NCBI GenBank assembly: GCA_040954595.2
Contig: CM082587.2
Span: forward strand, 6,747,705-6,811,704
Direction of reading: 5' to 3'
DNA length: 64,000 bases
From: Balanoglossus misakiensis
Taxonomy: Eukaryota > Animalia > Hemichordata
The translations under genes were made by a program, and so were the position numbers. Below, one piece after another: positions 21,871 through 36,940 of the stretch; positions within the stretch are counted from its first letter, which is position 1, and every line of letters starts with the position of its first letter. The notes under the pieces were generated by a model. That model saw nothing but the letters and a program-made list of their open reading frames with translations. It was not told the origin of the DNA and searched no databases.

Positions 21871-23656
21871 CTCAATCTCGGAAATCATCCAGAAATGAGA
21901 AGAGAGATGCAGCCAGCAGTATGGCTCTTTGATGAGGATTTATAATAAAAAAAAACATCTCCATCATGTGCGAGTTTGTTTGTTTGCATGTGCGGCTGCT
22001 GTTATCTCGTCGGTTGTGGCGCATGCATTTCGATTCATTTTTAGATGAAAATAATCAAATGCAAATTATGCACCGATAGTCAAATGCTATTGTCAATATT
22101 TTTTTTTTACAATTTTGCATTAACCAGCCACGGTGGTTTGCGTTTTTGCAAACAATGTGACGACCTGAATTCCTCTTTCAATATCAGATAGCCCTAGAAA
22201 TAATCAAAGGTCAGATTAAATGTTGTAAGCCGACATTTATACCATAATATTATTTAAAATGGAAGGTATTTAAGATGAAAGCTTAAGTGTTCTAAATACA
22301 GGTTTTAAGTTAATTACCCCGTCACTGTACAATAGACCACCAAATTTACTCAAAACTTGTGAATATCTCTTTTTTTTTCTTTATGTTACAAAAGAAATTG
22401 CTTGAGATACTCCATGCAGGAATCCCACGGTTCACACTGCCAAGACACACTGTCGCTTGAACTCACAGAAAATCCACTTCAATTGGATACTTATAAATTG
22501 AACGCAGTACAATAAAAGTACACGAGACATGATTGATACATAAGAAAAAATACTGGTGCTCCGAAAGCGTGTATAATAAGGGCGGTTGGTGTTCTAATCA
22601 ATTGTCCAGCCCGACAATCAGCATAACAGAAACTTTTCTCATGCAGTTTGGCGACGCACAATATTGCTGGTACTTTTGTAGATTACAAACATAAATTCAG
22701 TTTGTTTGAGTTCATGCTATTCAATTAAAATAAAAGCTGTTTTTAAAAAAAACGGCTAAGTCAATTTACAAAATTCGAAATACTGGTACATGGAACAAAT
22801 TAGGAACTGAGCGTTGCATATATGTATTTTTTTTCTCATTCGGTTTGTCTATTCAATAAAAGCAGATGAGTTGACTGGTAGTTTTCTACTTAACAGGACT
22901 TTTATGAGAGTTTGCCAAATTTAGCTTTTTTTAAATGCACCAAACCAGATGTTATCACATGTCAGAATTGATGTGTGAATGAAGTCTAAATGGGGAGTGT
23001 TGGATGAAAAATGAAAGCATTTATTCACTGAAAGAATACTGCAACGATAAACCGCTCTTTCAAAGAATATTGGGAAGAGTTATATACACATTGTACGGTT
23101 GACATGTTTGGATACAGGGATGAAATATGACTGTTGTCGTATTGACTTCAATAGCGTATCCATTGTATGCAACTTTGATGTTCTTTTTTTATAGGGCCGG
23201 AAGTTTAACTTTTGATGTTTTTTTTACGGGAATTTTGTTCTGTGAAATAACTACTGTTTCTTGTTCCTCTCTGCATCACATCCTACGTACGCGTACCTAT
23301 AATGTGCGCTGCCATTTTTTACAGATGAATAAAGTCCAGACTTTGAGAAAATTATTGACAAAAAACATTTCTGACTTTATTTTCTCACAGGCAATGAAGA
23401 GGAAGCATTCTGGTGCTGACTTTGAGTTGCAGTTTGTGCATATACTGGTAATCGTTGCCTGCCAAAGGAAAATGCAGAAGGACTGGTGTGGTACGTGTGA
23501 CGTGTCATCAGATACTGTGGTGTATGTCATCAGAAACTGGGGTGTATGTCATCAGATACTTTTGAGGTACGATACTTGCCATGGCTATGTTCGTTCTGGA
23601 CAAAGAATGGCCCGGCTTAGTTCAAGATTGAAACACTAAAACCATCCTCTTCTTAA

Positions 23657-23742
23657 CCCTTTCACCACCATGGTTCAGTCCAAACCCATTGTTTTCTATG
23701 GTAAAGTTGGACCTCTGAAGAGGGAACTGGGGGGTGAAAGGG
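23657..23742. mobile_element. 86-bp piggyBac-like MITE, copy 2
   Basis: TTAA on both sides (23653-23656, 23743-23746); CCCTTTCACC..GGTGAAAGGG TIRs; differs from copy 1 by a few substitutions and one indel. Confidence 0.85.
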
Positions 23743-26609
23743 TTAAAGTAATCAACCAGCCCCTGGACAAAATTACATTTTCAGGTCTCTCAGTCCCAGA
23801 CCGTCCAACCACTGTCCCACATTCAGACGCTTAGTTTTAACGCGGTCAAATCTTAGCACGCCCGAATAAAATCTATCAAGAAATATTCTGCAAGAACCAA
23901 TCAGATCCTGTAATCCAAAGCAATTTGCACCAGTCTGAACTGGGATCAACTCAGCCATTACAACATGTCAATCTCACAGCAAGTGATGAGGTCACCCCAA
24001 CAGGTGGTTTCAGGTCAGCAGACTCTATCAGTGTTTGCTGACAGAGGGCAGTCTCCGTTTGAGTACCCTTAGAGCTCCAAGTTGCCATTTTTTTCTCTCA
24101 TTAATTTCACGATTTTTCAAAATTAGAATGGTTTACCATTTAAATGGGCTTACTGACAGGTACGCACTAACATATTATCAACCATTGGTTGTGGCTGTAC
24201 ATTTAAATATAAACAAGTCAAATAATAAATGGATGCCACACCAGTTTATTCAGCCGCCCATTGCAAGAGTTTACAACTATCGTGGTATGCGCGCACATAG
24301 GTGTTAGAATCTCCACAAAACCAAAACAGCGTTGTTTGTCAACTAAAGATAAGGAGTAGATTGAAGTATTTCATTGATTAAAAATATTCAAAACATGGCA
24401 GCGATTGGGGCTTTAATACACGTATTTATAGGCTCGCTCAAGGTATTTCATTTGTCCACTTTGATGATGTCATATTTCAATGGCTGATTGCATTTGTGAC
24501 ACCAAGGCAGGCTTCTTAATAATCAATTCCTCAAAACGTGTTTTCTTCGCAAATTATCTCCCAAGAAAAGTTCTGGCAAAATTTTTGGAAATAATATCAT
24601 CAGCTGCTTGGCTTTTCAGTGCATTTTAATTTGCTCTGTCTCGGAAACACAGCAATCTGGGGACATTACAAGCGATTAATATCTCAGACTGTGCGCCTGG
24701 CTTTTTTGTTTTTTGTTCTTGCCCAGTCTGACGGAGCAGTGCGCTCATGTGTGAGAATTCATCTGGCAGTAATTTACCAAATGTATTTACTCAGTGCAGC
24801 AACCGACCGAAGGCAGTGTTTGTCGCCGGGCTGTGATGGGTCGATCGACTTTATTAAACCGTCTCGGTCGTTCCTCAAGTATTGTCCCCGCAGACAGAGA
24901 GAGCCACAAAGCACTCTTTGTCACTTACATGTACTCCGCTGCTGCTGAAGATCCCGGCGTGTCATCCTGATTGAGTTGCACTCTCTTGGGATTCTGCTTT
25001 CTGTGACAAAATGTGTGAGTGAGGGGGGGGGGGGGGATTTTCCCACTATAAAAAACGTCCCAACTGGACACCTAATTTTTTTAAAACACTGGTGTCAGTT
25101 CAATCCAGGTTTGCAGACTATAAACACACTTGTTATTCAGGTGAAGGCCGACTCTCAGTGTGTTGGGTGTCCTAGCTCTCCTTGGCTGCCATCTTGGAAG
25201 AAATGAGTCTGCCTTGCCCCTGCAATGTATCATTATCAAACAGACATTTCCGAATCATTGTCTTTTTGTCGTGCTATTGTTTCACGGTGAACTAACACAG
25301 CGGTCAGAAACTATAGTCTTAAGGACAGTACTAATTGTTGTGCTAATTAATTAATTCAGAACAATTGACGGTCAGTGAGGCAGTTCATATCATCAACCAA
25401 TTGAAAGGCTGTTTGTCATTATTGCCTTCCAGGCGTATAGACCGCTCAGCTATGCTTTGCTAATACACACTGTTGCTTAAAGCTAATGCACTGACTCATC
25501 ATGTGGTTATCTAGCTATTTATCTGCTAATCTTAAGATCTAATCCAAAAACTCCCAAGACACCACAGGTAACATTTCAAGGTATCCGACACTGTGCTGGT
25601 CTGAAAAAAATGCCAAATTGAATGTTAAACACTACAGAGAACTGACAAAGTAGCAAGTTGTTTCAAAAATAATTATTGAAATAGGCTAGGTAGCAAACTT
25701 AAAATTCAACAAAAACACAGTTGTCATATTACCCCAACGGCTCGATTATCTGTGGGCTGCTGTTATTATAGGAATCCGTGATATCTCCGTGTCAAAGTGT
25801 GAGTGCGTCGAAACTCACTCAACATATCGGTGAATGTTTATCATAAACATGTCATTTTGAATATTAGCATTTAAAATAAAATAAATTAAATTATACAAGA
25901 TTCGGCATTTTTCCATTCGTACCATATCATAGACTCTTTGACCTAATTAAATAGAAGTTTTAGACTTTTGTTTTGATCAGTGTGTTAATTTTAAATAAAA
26001 GAAAGTCCTCTGAGTTTTGGAAAGATATTCTATGAATTCTCCATGGTCTGTTTTGTGCTTTTCCCCTTTCTATTTTGTTTTATATATATGATAGTGATAC
26101 GCAGCGACTGTTCATGTTGTGACGTGACTGGACCAACAATTTTTCAACTTTAAAAAACAATGCTTTTCAAAACTTCATAAAAGGTCATCCTCTGTTTTTT
26201 TTTCACTGTCTCTCTCTCTCTCTGCTACACTAAATCACACAAAACCCAGCAATGAAACTCCAATGAAAGTAAAATTTGTTCTAAAGATAGTCGGGTAATT
26301 ACTTAGTTATCATGAGTAATACACCCATAATAAATGTTGTACGTGCATGTTCAGGCAAGTTTTAATCGAGAGATTCTTTATCAAAGTGGTATTGTGTGAC
26401 AGATACTGACTTATCAAATCAAATGATTGTCAAAAGAATTAATGATAAAATGTTTTTAAAATGTCTGTAAAACTTCTCTGAAAGGACAATAAGAGGATTT
26501 GAGTGGCCTGCAATTTTCAAATATAGATTCTTGATTCCGTTTATAGTTTCTGCGTATGACCCTAATCCAGTCTACTGCTGTTTGTGTTTCTGATATTGGT
26601 GGGAAACAT

Positions 26610-26815
26610 TGTAAAACGGGAAATTTTCACAACAGGAAATTTTCTCAATATCAAAAGCAGTAACCGTTACGCGACGATTAATTTTAATGTCTCGTATTTC
26701 ACTGCATGACGTTATCTATCAAAAACATTTTTACGCGACTTCTTATTTTCACGTTTTTGTGGCTCTCACGAAGTTCGCGAAAAAGTTATCATTCGCGAAA
26801 ATTTCCCATTTTACA
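26610..26815. mobile_element. ~205-bp MITE with 19-bp imperfect TIRs (TGTAAAACGGGAAATTTTC), Tc1/mariner-like termini
   Basis: 26610-26628 matches the reverse complement of GAAAATTTCCCATTTTACA (ending 26815) with one mismatch; internal TTCGCG/TTACGCG motifs. Confidence 0.75.
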
Positions 26816-27339
26816 GAATATGCTTCATCCATTTAGATTAGTTCCAATCTTTCATTCCCTAACCCAACAGCGAGGATTTAACGAAGTTTTTTTTATTTTA
26901 ATTCCCCTGTTTAAATGGACAAAGTTGCTAACTTTTGATATTAATTTGGCTATTTCTATTTCTTTTGATGGGCTGTTTATACTTTTCTGTGTACATGTAC
27001 TGAAACAGGCTCTCTGTCTGGTGGACAAGGACTGTTGTTACAATTCAACTCACCCCCTACTCATGAGTATACATCTGCAATATATTATTGGTACCTACCA
27101 AAAATTAAATAATGAAAGTTTGTCATGCTGTTATCCAGAGAATAATGATATGTTTCAGCATACTTTGTAATTTAGCAAATACAGGATAATTCATCTTCAG
27201 TTGCATGCAGTTTCTGATTTTTTAATAGAATTTATAAAAGGATTATTAATGATGTGACACAAAGGCAGGCAGATTTTTCTTACATCCCTTGTGTGTCATC
27301 AAACATTTTCTCAACCTCGCCAAATCTGTGGATTTCATA

Positions 27340-28500
27340 AAGCAAAGAAAAGTCACCACTAATCTCCCTGCAAAATGCTACAAGCCGGCCAGATAATGGA
27401 AACCAATTGATCTAATCCCCTTGATCCAGGAGGGCTGGATAATCCTGGGCAATTTCGATCTCGATCCGTTAATGCGCTAGAAGACTGGTGGGCTCTGAGT
27501 TTCCACGCACAGCTAATGTGACTGGCGTACCCTGATACATGAAGTTCCATTGGTATGAAGTCAACCAGAAAGGAATATTATTAGCAACCATAACTTCAGA
27601 TTATCACTTATGGAGTCCCCCGGGGCTGGCCTCGGCCACTTGGGACAAATTTTGCTTCTGTCGTAATTTTCCCTCTCCGCGTCGATGTTCCAAACGGCAC
27701 TGAACTCCGGGAAAATTTATGCTCTCAAATTCCCTGGAAATTCGTCTGGAAATTTCATTAAGGCTCTCTTTTCCCCCGAGGTGGGCCCGGGATGGAGCTG
27801 GCCTGGTCGGGATAATTTTTTTCCTACATTATGATTTATTAGCATATGATTAGGAAATTCCTATCGGCAATTTACGTGAGTGGCGAAACAGACGCTAACA
27901 TCAACAACCCCCAGGACAGCGTTATGAATCACCGACGGCGAGCAGGGATAGCTTGATATAATGATGGCCAAATAATTGGGATTTGAGTGACATGTTCTGG
28001 ATGGGACGTATAACCCCCCTGTTTCGTATTCTGCTCGCGAGCGGCCAAGTTTATTTTGCACGGTGGATGATCGTACCTGTTCGTGCGTTGATATACGGCA
28101 GTGTGTGTGCCCACCTCGGCGCGATTACGCCTTATCGTGTTTCCACTCCGTGCACACAGACTGTCAACATAAACTCATAACCATTATATATCACATTTTC
28201 CACCGTGTCAAATCATGTCGCCATGCATACGTCCAGATTTGTCACAATCATGGCAGAAAATGACGCGAGATTAGACGCTGTGAGCCGGCCAGGATTTTCA
28301 TATCGTCCCTCGGGGGCGTCTCCCGCTGAAATTGAAACATAAACCACCCCGGCCTTCCCCCCAGCCTTATTATTTCATTTAATACGTCCAAATGATGGAT
28401 CCTGTTCCTCGGATCCCATTAAAACAATCAGTGGCTGCATTTTTCGGCCGGTCTTTGATATTGGCTCGGACCGTAAAATCATATACACTACAGCTCAGGG
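27340..28500. promoter_or_regulatory. Large GC/CpG-rich enhancer-like block
   Basis: TAATCC at 27413 and 27440, many TAAT/TTAT cores and GC-rich boxes; no coherent ORF. Confidence 0.4.
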
Positions 28501-31500
28501 TCACACTTGAATACAGAGCATCAAATATCTCCGACACACATCTCTGTACCTGTCATCAAGTCAAATACGTCAAAAATATTTTAAAAACAGAGCCAGATCG
28601 TATTACCTTCTAGAGAGAGTTAATTTTCACATCATTTTGACTGTCTAAACACAACAGACATTAAATCTGGGATAATGGTCAAATCAGAGGCCTTACATTA
28701 ATGAATCATATAAGGCAAATAATGAAAGTAATAACTACTGCATGAGTTGGTAATTATTATCAAGAAACTGATCAACTCCATCATAAAAATACGAGATGTC
28801 AATTAATAATCTGAAAAAAAAATATCGCTCGATGGAATTATTGAGCAGAAGAAGGTAATAATGTTTGTAATTGAGAATGAATTTTTTAGATGGGGATCTG
28901 TCGCCGGATGACTATTAAGGCTGTGAATTCTTCTGAAGTAGAATTGCCCCCCCCCCTCCCCCTGTATGTCACAGATCTGGAGGTCTCTGTTCATATATGT
29001 CTGGGACTTTGGAACAATTCGAGTCTTTAACCAGATTATGAGGCTTATAGAAGAGGCCAGCCTACCTCAGATTACGGTACATATGGCTTTGAAAGAAGTC
29101 GTGGTTTTGATCGCGCGTGTCAAGTGCAAGATTCAGCGGGCCTATATTGTGTGGAAAACTCAAACCATATGTTTGAACGTGTACCGTACAGATGTTTTGT
29201 GGTGTTCAGAATAGCTGCGATCGCAAATAACCACTCGAAATGTGGCGACAAATTTAAGCCAGATTTCAGGCCACTTTTGAATGGCTATCAAGATGGTACA
29301 CTTGCAAGACACATACAACCACATTTAACAATGATTGCAATGAAAGGCAAAATTAGAACAGGATTTTAATTCCAGTTCACCCATACAACAGGAACAGACA
29401 ATAAACACCTCTGAAAGTTTCTAGCTTGCACCAGGCGTAGGTGACGTAAAAAACACAACAACAAATGATTTGTTGCACATAGATGTCACACTGAAAACTT
29501 TTGAAACTCGTGAACTTGATTTTAAAAAATGCTTTCCCCAGATCAAATTCTGATGTATGGTACGTGAATTCAGAGTTTAAGCGAGCACAATTATGTTTTC
29601 GGTTGTAGATTACCTCAACTTGAAATTACGGAGCGTAAAGTCCGCCAGTTCTCATTATCCAACTGACAGACTAAGTTAGCTCTCAGTCTGACAAAAGATA
29701 TGCAACAGTTTCCAGTGACTGTACATTGAAGTCCCTACTAATAAAGAGAATCGTGGCTTTGTTAAAGGAAAAACCAAAGGCACACCTAAATATCATCTTT
29801 GCATTTTTCGTCCACGGCCGGTTCTTCTCATCGATTTTTTTAGTCTTTGTCACGATTTATTAAGTCACAGAAATGACTTGTGCATTACCATATTGTGAAA
29901 CAATAACTCGACCCATTTTGTTTGATGGCAAAAAGTAGAATTAATTCTGTGAAACATAAACCCCCAAAAATGTAATTTTGAATTTACAAAAGGGGTCACT
30001 TCAGTAGAATTTGACAAATTCTATGTAGATGGTTCTTTGACACTTTATGGCTTTGTTGGGCTAAGAATACACAGCATCTGCTCAATATTATTACATTTTT
30101 ACAATGAGTAACTTGTTTATGACATTTAAATTAAAAAAACTAAAAAAAGAACCCCTCTGTGGTTAGATGCGGGAGGTTGTAGACACCTACTTCGAACCTC
30201 TAAAACCTGGGGTTTTTTTGTCGTTGCAGTTTTTTTTAAATTTAGTTGAAATAAACCAATATTGGATCTCCGAATATTAATTGTCATTATGATGGCCGAG
30301 TTAGTTCTCACCAATACAAACATCTGTTCTCGTCTCTCCACAAAGCACTCCAAACAAATGAACTTCATGTTCACACATGGCTTTATGCACTCCTTATAGA
30401 AGTTAATTCAGGATAAAATCGTTGACAAAGTCCAATTAATGGCGTAGTTGTTGTCGGTAAGTTATCATATAAATGGTGTATTCAATAAACGGACACTCGA
30501 CATATGCCTTGTCACCTCAGCAAGTGTAAGATCAGGTTACACTAGGTCCCGATCAGAAACTATTTCTGGATTAATATGACGGTCAGTTTTTCCCCAATAA
30601 TTTCTGAGCGGTTTATATGCAGTCAATAACAATGTCATTTGTGTAATTTAAAAGTTTTTTAGAGAAAATTTTGAGCACTTTTGAATATCAAAATGGCATA
30701 CCCAATTTATATCGTTATAAAAAGAACCAATAAAAACTATTGTGAGGGTTCCTCGGTGATGAGGAATGAAATAACATAAATCATATGCAAATTTTTGGAT
30801 TTGAGAACTACAAATTTACCAACATGCGATATTCAATATGGCTGCCAATTTCTGCGAAAATTGAATTGTCTTTCTTGAAGTGCCGAGCACCATATTTTCT
30901 ATGTTTTTGTTTTGTTTTGTTGTCAAAATGATTAGAGAAAAGCCTATTTTCTGACTGTGAATGTGAAAAGATTCTTTTGTTGTTTTCTGAAGAGAGATTC
31001 CAGAGATGTGGAATTCTGTAGTAAACAACAGTTCTCTAGCTGTAGTGATTCTTTATGTGCATGCATATGTTGTGTGACTACAAAATTTGTCCGTAAAGGA
31101 AGTACTGACGTGACGACTTAATGACATTTTTGTCTCTTAATTGTTGTCTCTTTTTTCTTGCTAAAAGTTTTAATCGTTAATTGTCCTAGATCTGATTGAT
31201 CTATAATTGTAATTCGGTAGCAATCTGAATCTGAATCAAACGCTTAGCCACAGCAGATATACTGACATGCGAGGCATCTAGCAAAGTGCATAATAATTGT
31301 CAAAGTTTTCCCATTTAATGGGATGCTATTTTAAAATATTCCATTCCTTTGACTTTAATTGACAGAATGTTGACATAACTTCACCTGTGAAGTGTGCTTT
31401 CGACATTCCAAACTTGATTGCCATTTCCCGCTCAGCGGCACTACATCGATGTACTTGCCCCATCATGGTGTTTAATCGGCTGAAAGATTGCATACCTGTC

Positions 31501-33782
31501 CAGCGTAAAGCTAATTTTATTTGCAGACTTTTTATGGGGAAGATAGCGGGAGATTGTACACAAGTTATTAACCGCTGAGTCACATTAAACGAGTTCTTGT
31601 TCTTTTGTCGAAATCTGCCGCTTCAATATTACGCTCAGCTACATTCGAGGCACCATAGCAGAACCTTTCCGCTATTGATTTTCCATATTTTTGTTTTATG
31701 AATCAGCTGTGATGTCTTGTTCTACTCTGTCACACATGCTAAAATGCTCAGTATTTTGCTCATCAACACTACCTGTGTAATGGCCTTTGCATTCTCATTC
31801 GTATTGTACCGGTACTTTGTGTACAAAAACTTATTGTACAGTAGAACTTCACAGTAATCTAGTTTGTTCTACTGCTAAAACTTTGAAATCACAGTTCGCT
31901 GCTGTGTGCAAGAATAAATTAATATACATAAATACTCCAATCTCATTGCCCTGAAATTAATGAATTATATTACACAACAGAAGACACTTGTGTATTTATT
32001 CCTAATCAGCCAAATGAGGCTTGATCGGTACACAATGAGATAATTTACCAGAGGAGTTAATTAACTGTGCCAATTAAAATTATTTTTAATAGGTTTTGCT
32101 TTTCCTGTGTGTTATATGTTATTTATGGTGTAAATCATGTTACCCTTGAACGTTTAATCTCATATTACAACATTACAAGTTGTTAATTTTTGTGGGTTAC
32201 TTTTACCTGCTGGACCATGAGAATATTACTTATTTTTCAGGTCAGATTGTGAAAATGAATTTAAAAATTATTTTAATTATTCTCAGTAAAGACAGAAACT
32301 AATCCAGACTATAGAAAATATAGCAGAAAGTATTTGTTGAAAAAAAAGAAGGATCTGGTTAAAAGTTTGCGTTTTCGTTTGAGTTTTCGGCAAACTGACA
32401 TGGAATGAACAAGTGGTTCAAATGTTCGTACTTCCTCCGCATTTCGAAAATGTGTTCATTACCATATAAATATGAACTTCATTAGTTTTAGATTATGATC
32501 AGTGATTGCCAAAGCTAGATATGGCTAATTACTAATAAAATGAACTTGTCACTGTGTGCCTGAAGTTTTTTTGAAACACGGTTGATGGAGGTGACATTGT
32601 CAAATTATTGTTGATTTATGGTGATTTGTGCTCCATTTCGACTTGAAAAGGACTCCATGTTTATCGTATATACATGTGATATTGTTGCCCTCCTTGTCAG
32701 TGATCAACGTGAAGTTAATTTGAAATTTAAAAAACTGACAGAATGAGACCAAAGAAACGCTAGTAACAATTTGTTTTCCTTTGTCGTCAAGTGCCAGAAA
32801 TTTGACATTTTGACAGAAGGACACTTTGTAAATGTATATCTTAAATGTTCATATGCATTTTCAGTGCATGATCAAACTTTCGATAGGTCTGAAGATAAAA
32901 GTGCACCCCTAGTGTTCAGAATAAGAAATGACAAGACATAAATGAGGCCTCATACTAGCTGTCAAAGAAACATGAAGTAAGAATTTAGAAAATTGGAAAA
33001 AATATAATACTGGTGTTAAATTTTATAATAGTAATTATAATTCAATTTCTGTTAATCAGGCAACTTTCATTAAATAACCAGCATTTTAGAGAGGGGGTAA
33101 TCATCAAGATTTTCCTCATGAACAAATAAGACATTGTAGAAATAGTATTTAGATGCAAGAAGTCAAAATGGCTGCAGAATTTAAATGATTTGTATTAAAC
33201 TTCATCATGGTAAACATATAGTGTTGTCTTATTTTCATCACTGTTTGGTCTATACTCTTTGGGTGCAGAGTTACAGATATCCATTGAAATCTTTGTTGCA
33301 CCTTCAATAAATTCCAAAAAAAATCGGCCATCTCTGTGTTTGGCATTGGCAGTGCACTGTTCGTTAAACGTACGTACTGTAACTTCTGCATTGTGGGTAA
33401 TAGGTCCGCTGCACACTGTCGACAAGCAGTGAAGTATCCGCAGTAAATTCTGTGACATTGTTCCCACTGAAAGTGCATACCCAGCTAAATGTGCAGATAT
33501 ATTTTAAAAGTTATCTTAGATCGCAATCTACAAGCATCATGCAAGCTGCATGTATTGTACGCACACGCAGACATGCTGGTCGTCGCTCAGGCCCGGCCCC
33601 CATACTGTTACATTTTGCAGCTATGTTATTTTAAGACGCTCACCGCTTCGCCTGATTGCCAATTGTTGTTTAATTGCTTTTGTGTGTTTCCAAGTGCCTA
33701 AACCCGGCTGGGTTACTACACACCCCACTCCCTTTCAAACACAGGTCTTTTTTTTTTCTCATCGTCAAGTTTCGTGGCAGAC

Positions 33783-33858
33783 TGTTTTGGTAAAGTTGCA
33801 GATAGCCATTTTCTTGCATGTTTTCGGTAAAGTTGCAGATAGCCATTTTCTTGCATGT
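33783..33858. repeat. 37-bp tandem duplication (GGTAAAGTTGCAGATAGCCATTTTCTTGCATG core)
   Basis: Two exact core copies at 33789 and 33826. Confidence 0.9.
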
Positions 33859-35528
33859 CTGACCCGTGTACATATAAACAAGGCGATACATGCTGTCATG
33901 ATGAAATGGCAGTTTTCATAGTCATGACCTGTGCCATAGTTACCCTGACATTTCCAGTTGACCGGCTCCTATCTCTATTACAGGTGATTGACCCCCCCCC
34001 CCCCCCCAGCACTTTAATGATGATATGATACATATTTCCCCCCAGAAACTTGCGAACAACTTTTAAAATAAAAATGTTGCATTTTACACTTTTGCATCTG
34101 TTGATTCATGTGAATGTCCTCGGAGCTTAATGTGAGTGGATAAGTAAGAAATAAAAGTTTCCGGTCGTGGTCGTAACTTGTGTGGCAAAAATTTAAAAGT
34201 GCACAATTTGAAATTATCTTTCTGGTGTAGAAATTGACAGGAAGGAAGTAGAGAACAGTGAAACAGACTTGTGATCCTCGTAGGGCTTAAAATAGTGGTG
34301 GTTCAAAACATTGAATACAGCAATGCGGAGCAAAGTAAGATGTACCGAGCTCATTATCGGAGGATAATAGATAAGGACATTGCCGCAATGTTGTGCCCTT
34401 TAATAAGCAGGGCACTTTATTTCACATCGCTTCTCTCTTATACAGGAGGGGTGGGTACGAATCCAGTAAATGGGCCACTTTCGTCCATTGGATAATAGAC
34501 AAAATAAAAAGAATAAATAAAATTTAAAGTACATGTATGTTTCTTGACCCCAAAATAACTTGGGTCCGTCCAATACACTCGCTCATAAAAACCAAGCAAA
34601 TGGAATCTGAAAATCCTGGTATAGCTTCTGCAATTACAGACTGTTGTCAATCTTTTTATAGTAAATTGCCCTCTGACATTTCCTAAAATTAAACATAATT
34701 ACAGGCATCACAAACTAACGTCAGGATAATAGCTCTACTCTGGAAGACGGCCAACCACAGTTTACACTGTGTATGGGAGGAGTCACTGTGGGACACCCTG
34801 TCCGTTTTGATTGGACCACGGCCGTCATGTGACTGTCGGTGGGAAGAGTCATGTGACTTTGATGTTGACAGACTTTTGCATGGAAAGACAGGCAGAGACA
34901 GTGACTAGCACGCATAGAAATGGTGTGTACGTGTGACAAGAATTGGGCTACACTTTCTTGTTTCATCAATCCAAGAGATTGTCTGAATATACCCATAAAT
35001 TTGAAACAAGTGTCAAAACTGAACACTTGCATAAACATGAATTAACAAAGAGTATAGCTGGCAAAATCATCAAATTAATTGGGAACAAATAGAAAAACAA
35101 TATGTATTGAATAAAAAAATGATATAAAGATTATGTCATATGTCAATGCCAAGTTCACATCGACTGATTTGGCCCATGAATGTATGAAATAAGCTGCAAG
35201 TAATATCAGTAGTTAAAAACACCTTTTTCTGCAGAACTACACTTTATAAACTGCAGTGTAGCATTCTTGTATGATCTGGTCTGTTGCTGTCGGCGCAGGT
35301 AAGCTTAGACCGTACTCGCGCAGAATAAAAGAAACGATTTATAGAAGATGTGGCTGGGGTGTAACGACGAGGTAGAAGTATGAAATAGCATAGGTGTAGA
35401 CAATAAGAGGCAGACTATCGCCGATAATCCCATCAGAGACTCGCAATTCATCATGCCATTCACAGTACAACAACGCAGTATCTGGGCGAAGATTCAATCA
35501 GCCCTCGGCTGTTGCGAAGAACTCGCGC

Positions 35529-35560
<32 letters not shown>

Positions 35561-36739
35561 AAAAAGCGTGCCGCTGAGGGACTCAGCCCGTCCCCGGGAA
35601 GGTAGAACAAAAATTATATTTTTATAAGATTTTTGCGATAGATAGGAAGTGTTGCTAATAGGTTGTAAGACCAGCAGGTGTTGGGAACAGACACTACAAG
35701 TTTTTCCGTTCAGCATGATCGGTTTGAGATAACATCGGCAAATGAGAAAATGATTGACTGCTGGGAATGTCATCCCGCTTCACTGCACCCAATAAGTATC
35801 AATGGCTCTTTTCAATTTTTTAATCTCCTTTCGTAGAACTCGTCATAAAGTAACAAACTTCTCCCCCCCCCCCTTAAATAAAAAAAACACAATATTTGAG
35901 CGCATCGTGTCGTCCGCCATGCTTGACCGGGCCTCTTTTCTTTTTAACTGCACGCTATTAAAACCCCCCAAAAATTGATATTAGAAAATGCTTATTGGTG
36001 CAAATTAAATCAACCACTGGATATATGCTAAAGCTAATACCATAAACTAGATTTATTTGAGCTTTGTGTACACAAAAACTGAGTTTGTGAATAAATCATA
36101 TTCAGATATGGCTGTGTGCGTGGGACTGTGACTGGGACACTCCGCATACATGCTGTTTCTTGTCTGGCTATTCCAAAACCATCAAAATTCACGGGGAACA
36201 AAAATTTTGATGATAACAGAGAGAAATAAATGGTTCCATTTTTATCGCGTCTGTTGATTTGAAAAATTATTACTCAAGTGTGATCCCAGTACCCCATAAT
36301 CTGCAAATATCTTGAAGCTGTCCTTAAATGGTTGAATAATACTTTTTGTTCTTTCCTTTTTTTTAAATGAATGAGATTTCATTCCCCCCCCCCCCCCATT
36401 CCTTGAAGTGTACAGAAGAATTCATGGAATTTGTTTAAGTCATGATTTTTATATAAACAAGTAAAAGAAAAATCAAACATTTTCCCAGCATCACAGAGAA
36501 ATCTTAGACTTCTGTGATGTTATGGCATTAAGGGACGTAGTGTGTTCGCAAGAAAAGGACATTTCAACAATTGACAGCACAGCATTGCTTAAGATTAACT
36601 TCATCAAAGAAAATCAAACTGGCCATTTATCAAAATCTGCATCAAAATTACATCTGGAGAGAAACACAAGGGAATAATTAGATGAAATGCTCAAGTCATC
36701 TCTTTCCTCATTACTCATATTAATAATTTTTTCCCCAAG

Positions 36740-36940
36740 TTTTTAATAATCCATTAAAGGGGCATGAACGCAGCAATTACATTTAAAGACGTAATTTACG
36801 GCCGTGTTTGCGGGTGTCAATTTGTGAATTAAAATGCCGGCCAGGTTTCGATTCTCTTGTGCAAACTGCGGACAGAGTAAATGATGAATTGTAATCAACA
36901 ATCTAATTAGCCTTCGTGTCTTACAGCCAGTGTTAGTCAC
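36740..36940. promoter_or_regulatory. Homeodomain-site-dense enhancer-like block
   Basis: TAATCC 36747, TTTACGG 36795, TGTCAA, CTAATTAG 36903 and AACAAT, with retained CpGs. Confidence 0.35.

Noticed and set aside
23127-23639. 170-aa ORF, and other 100-155 aa ORFs in the desert (26706, 43130, 52479)
   Set aside because: Composition typical of random AT-rich sequence, no domain motifs and no supporting exon chain; 26706 overlaps a MITE.
25504-25516. 13-nt match to miR-9-5p positions 5-17 (TGGTTATCTAGCT)
   Set aside because: The 5' seed end and 3' end do not match, and no precursor hairpin is evident.
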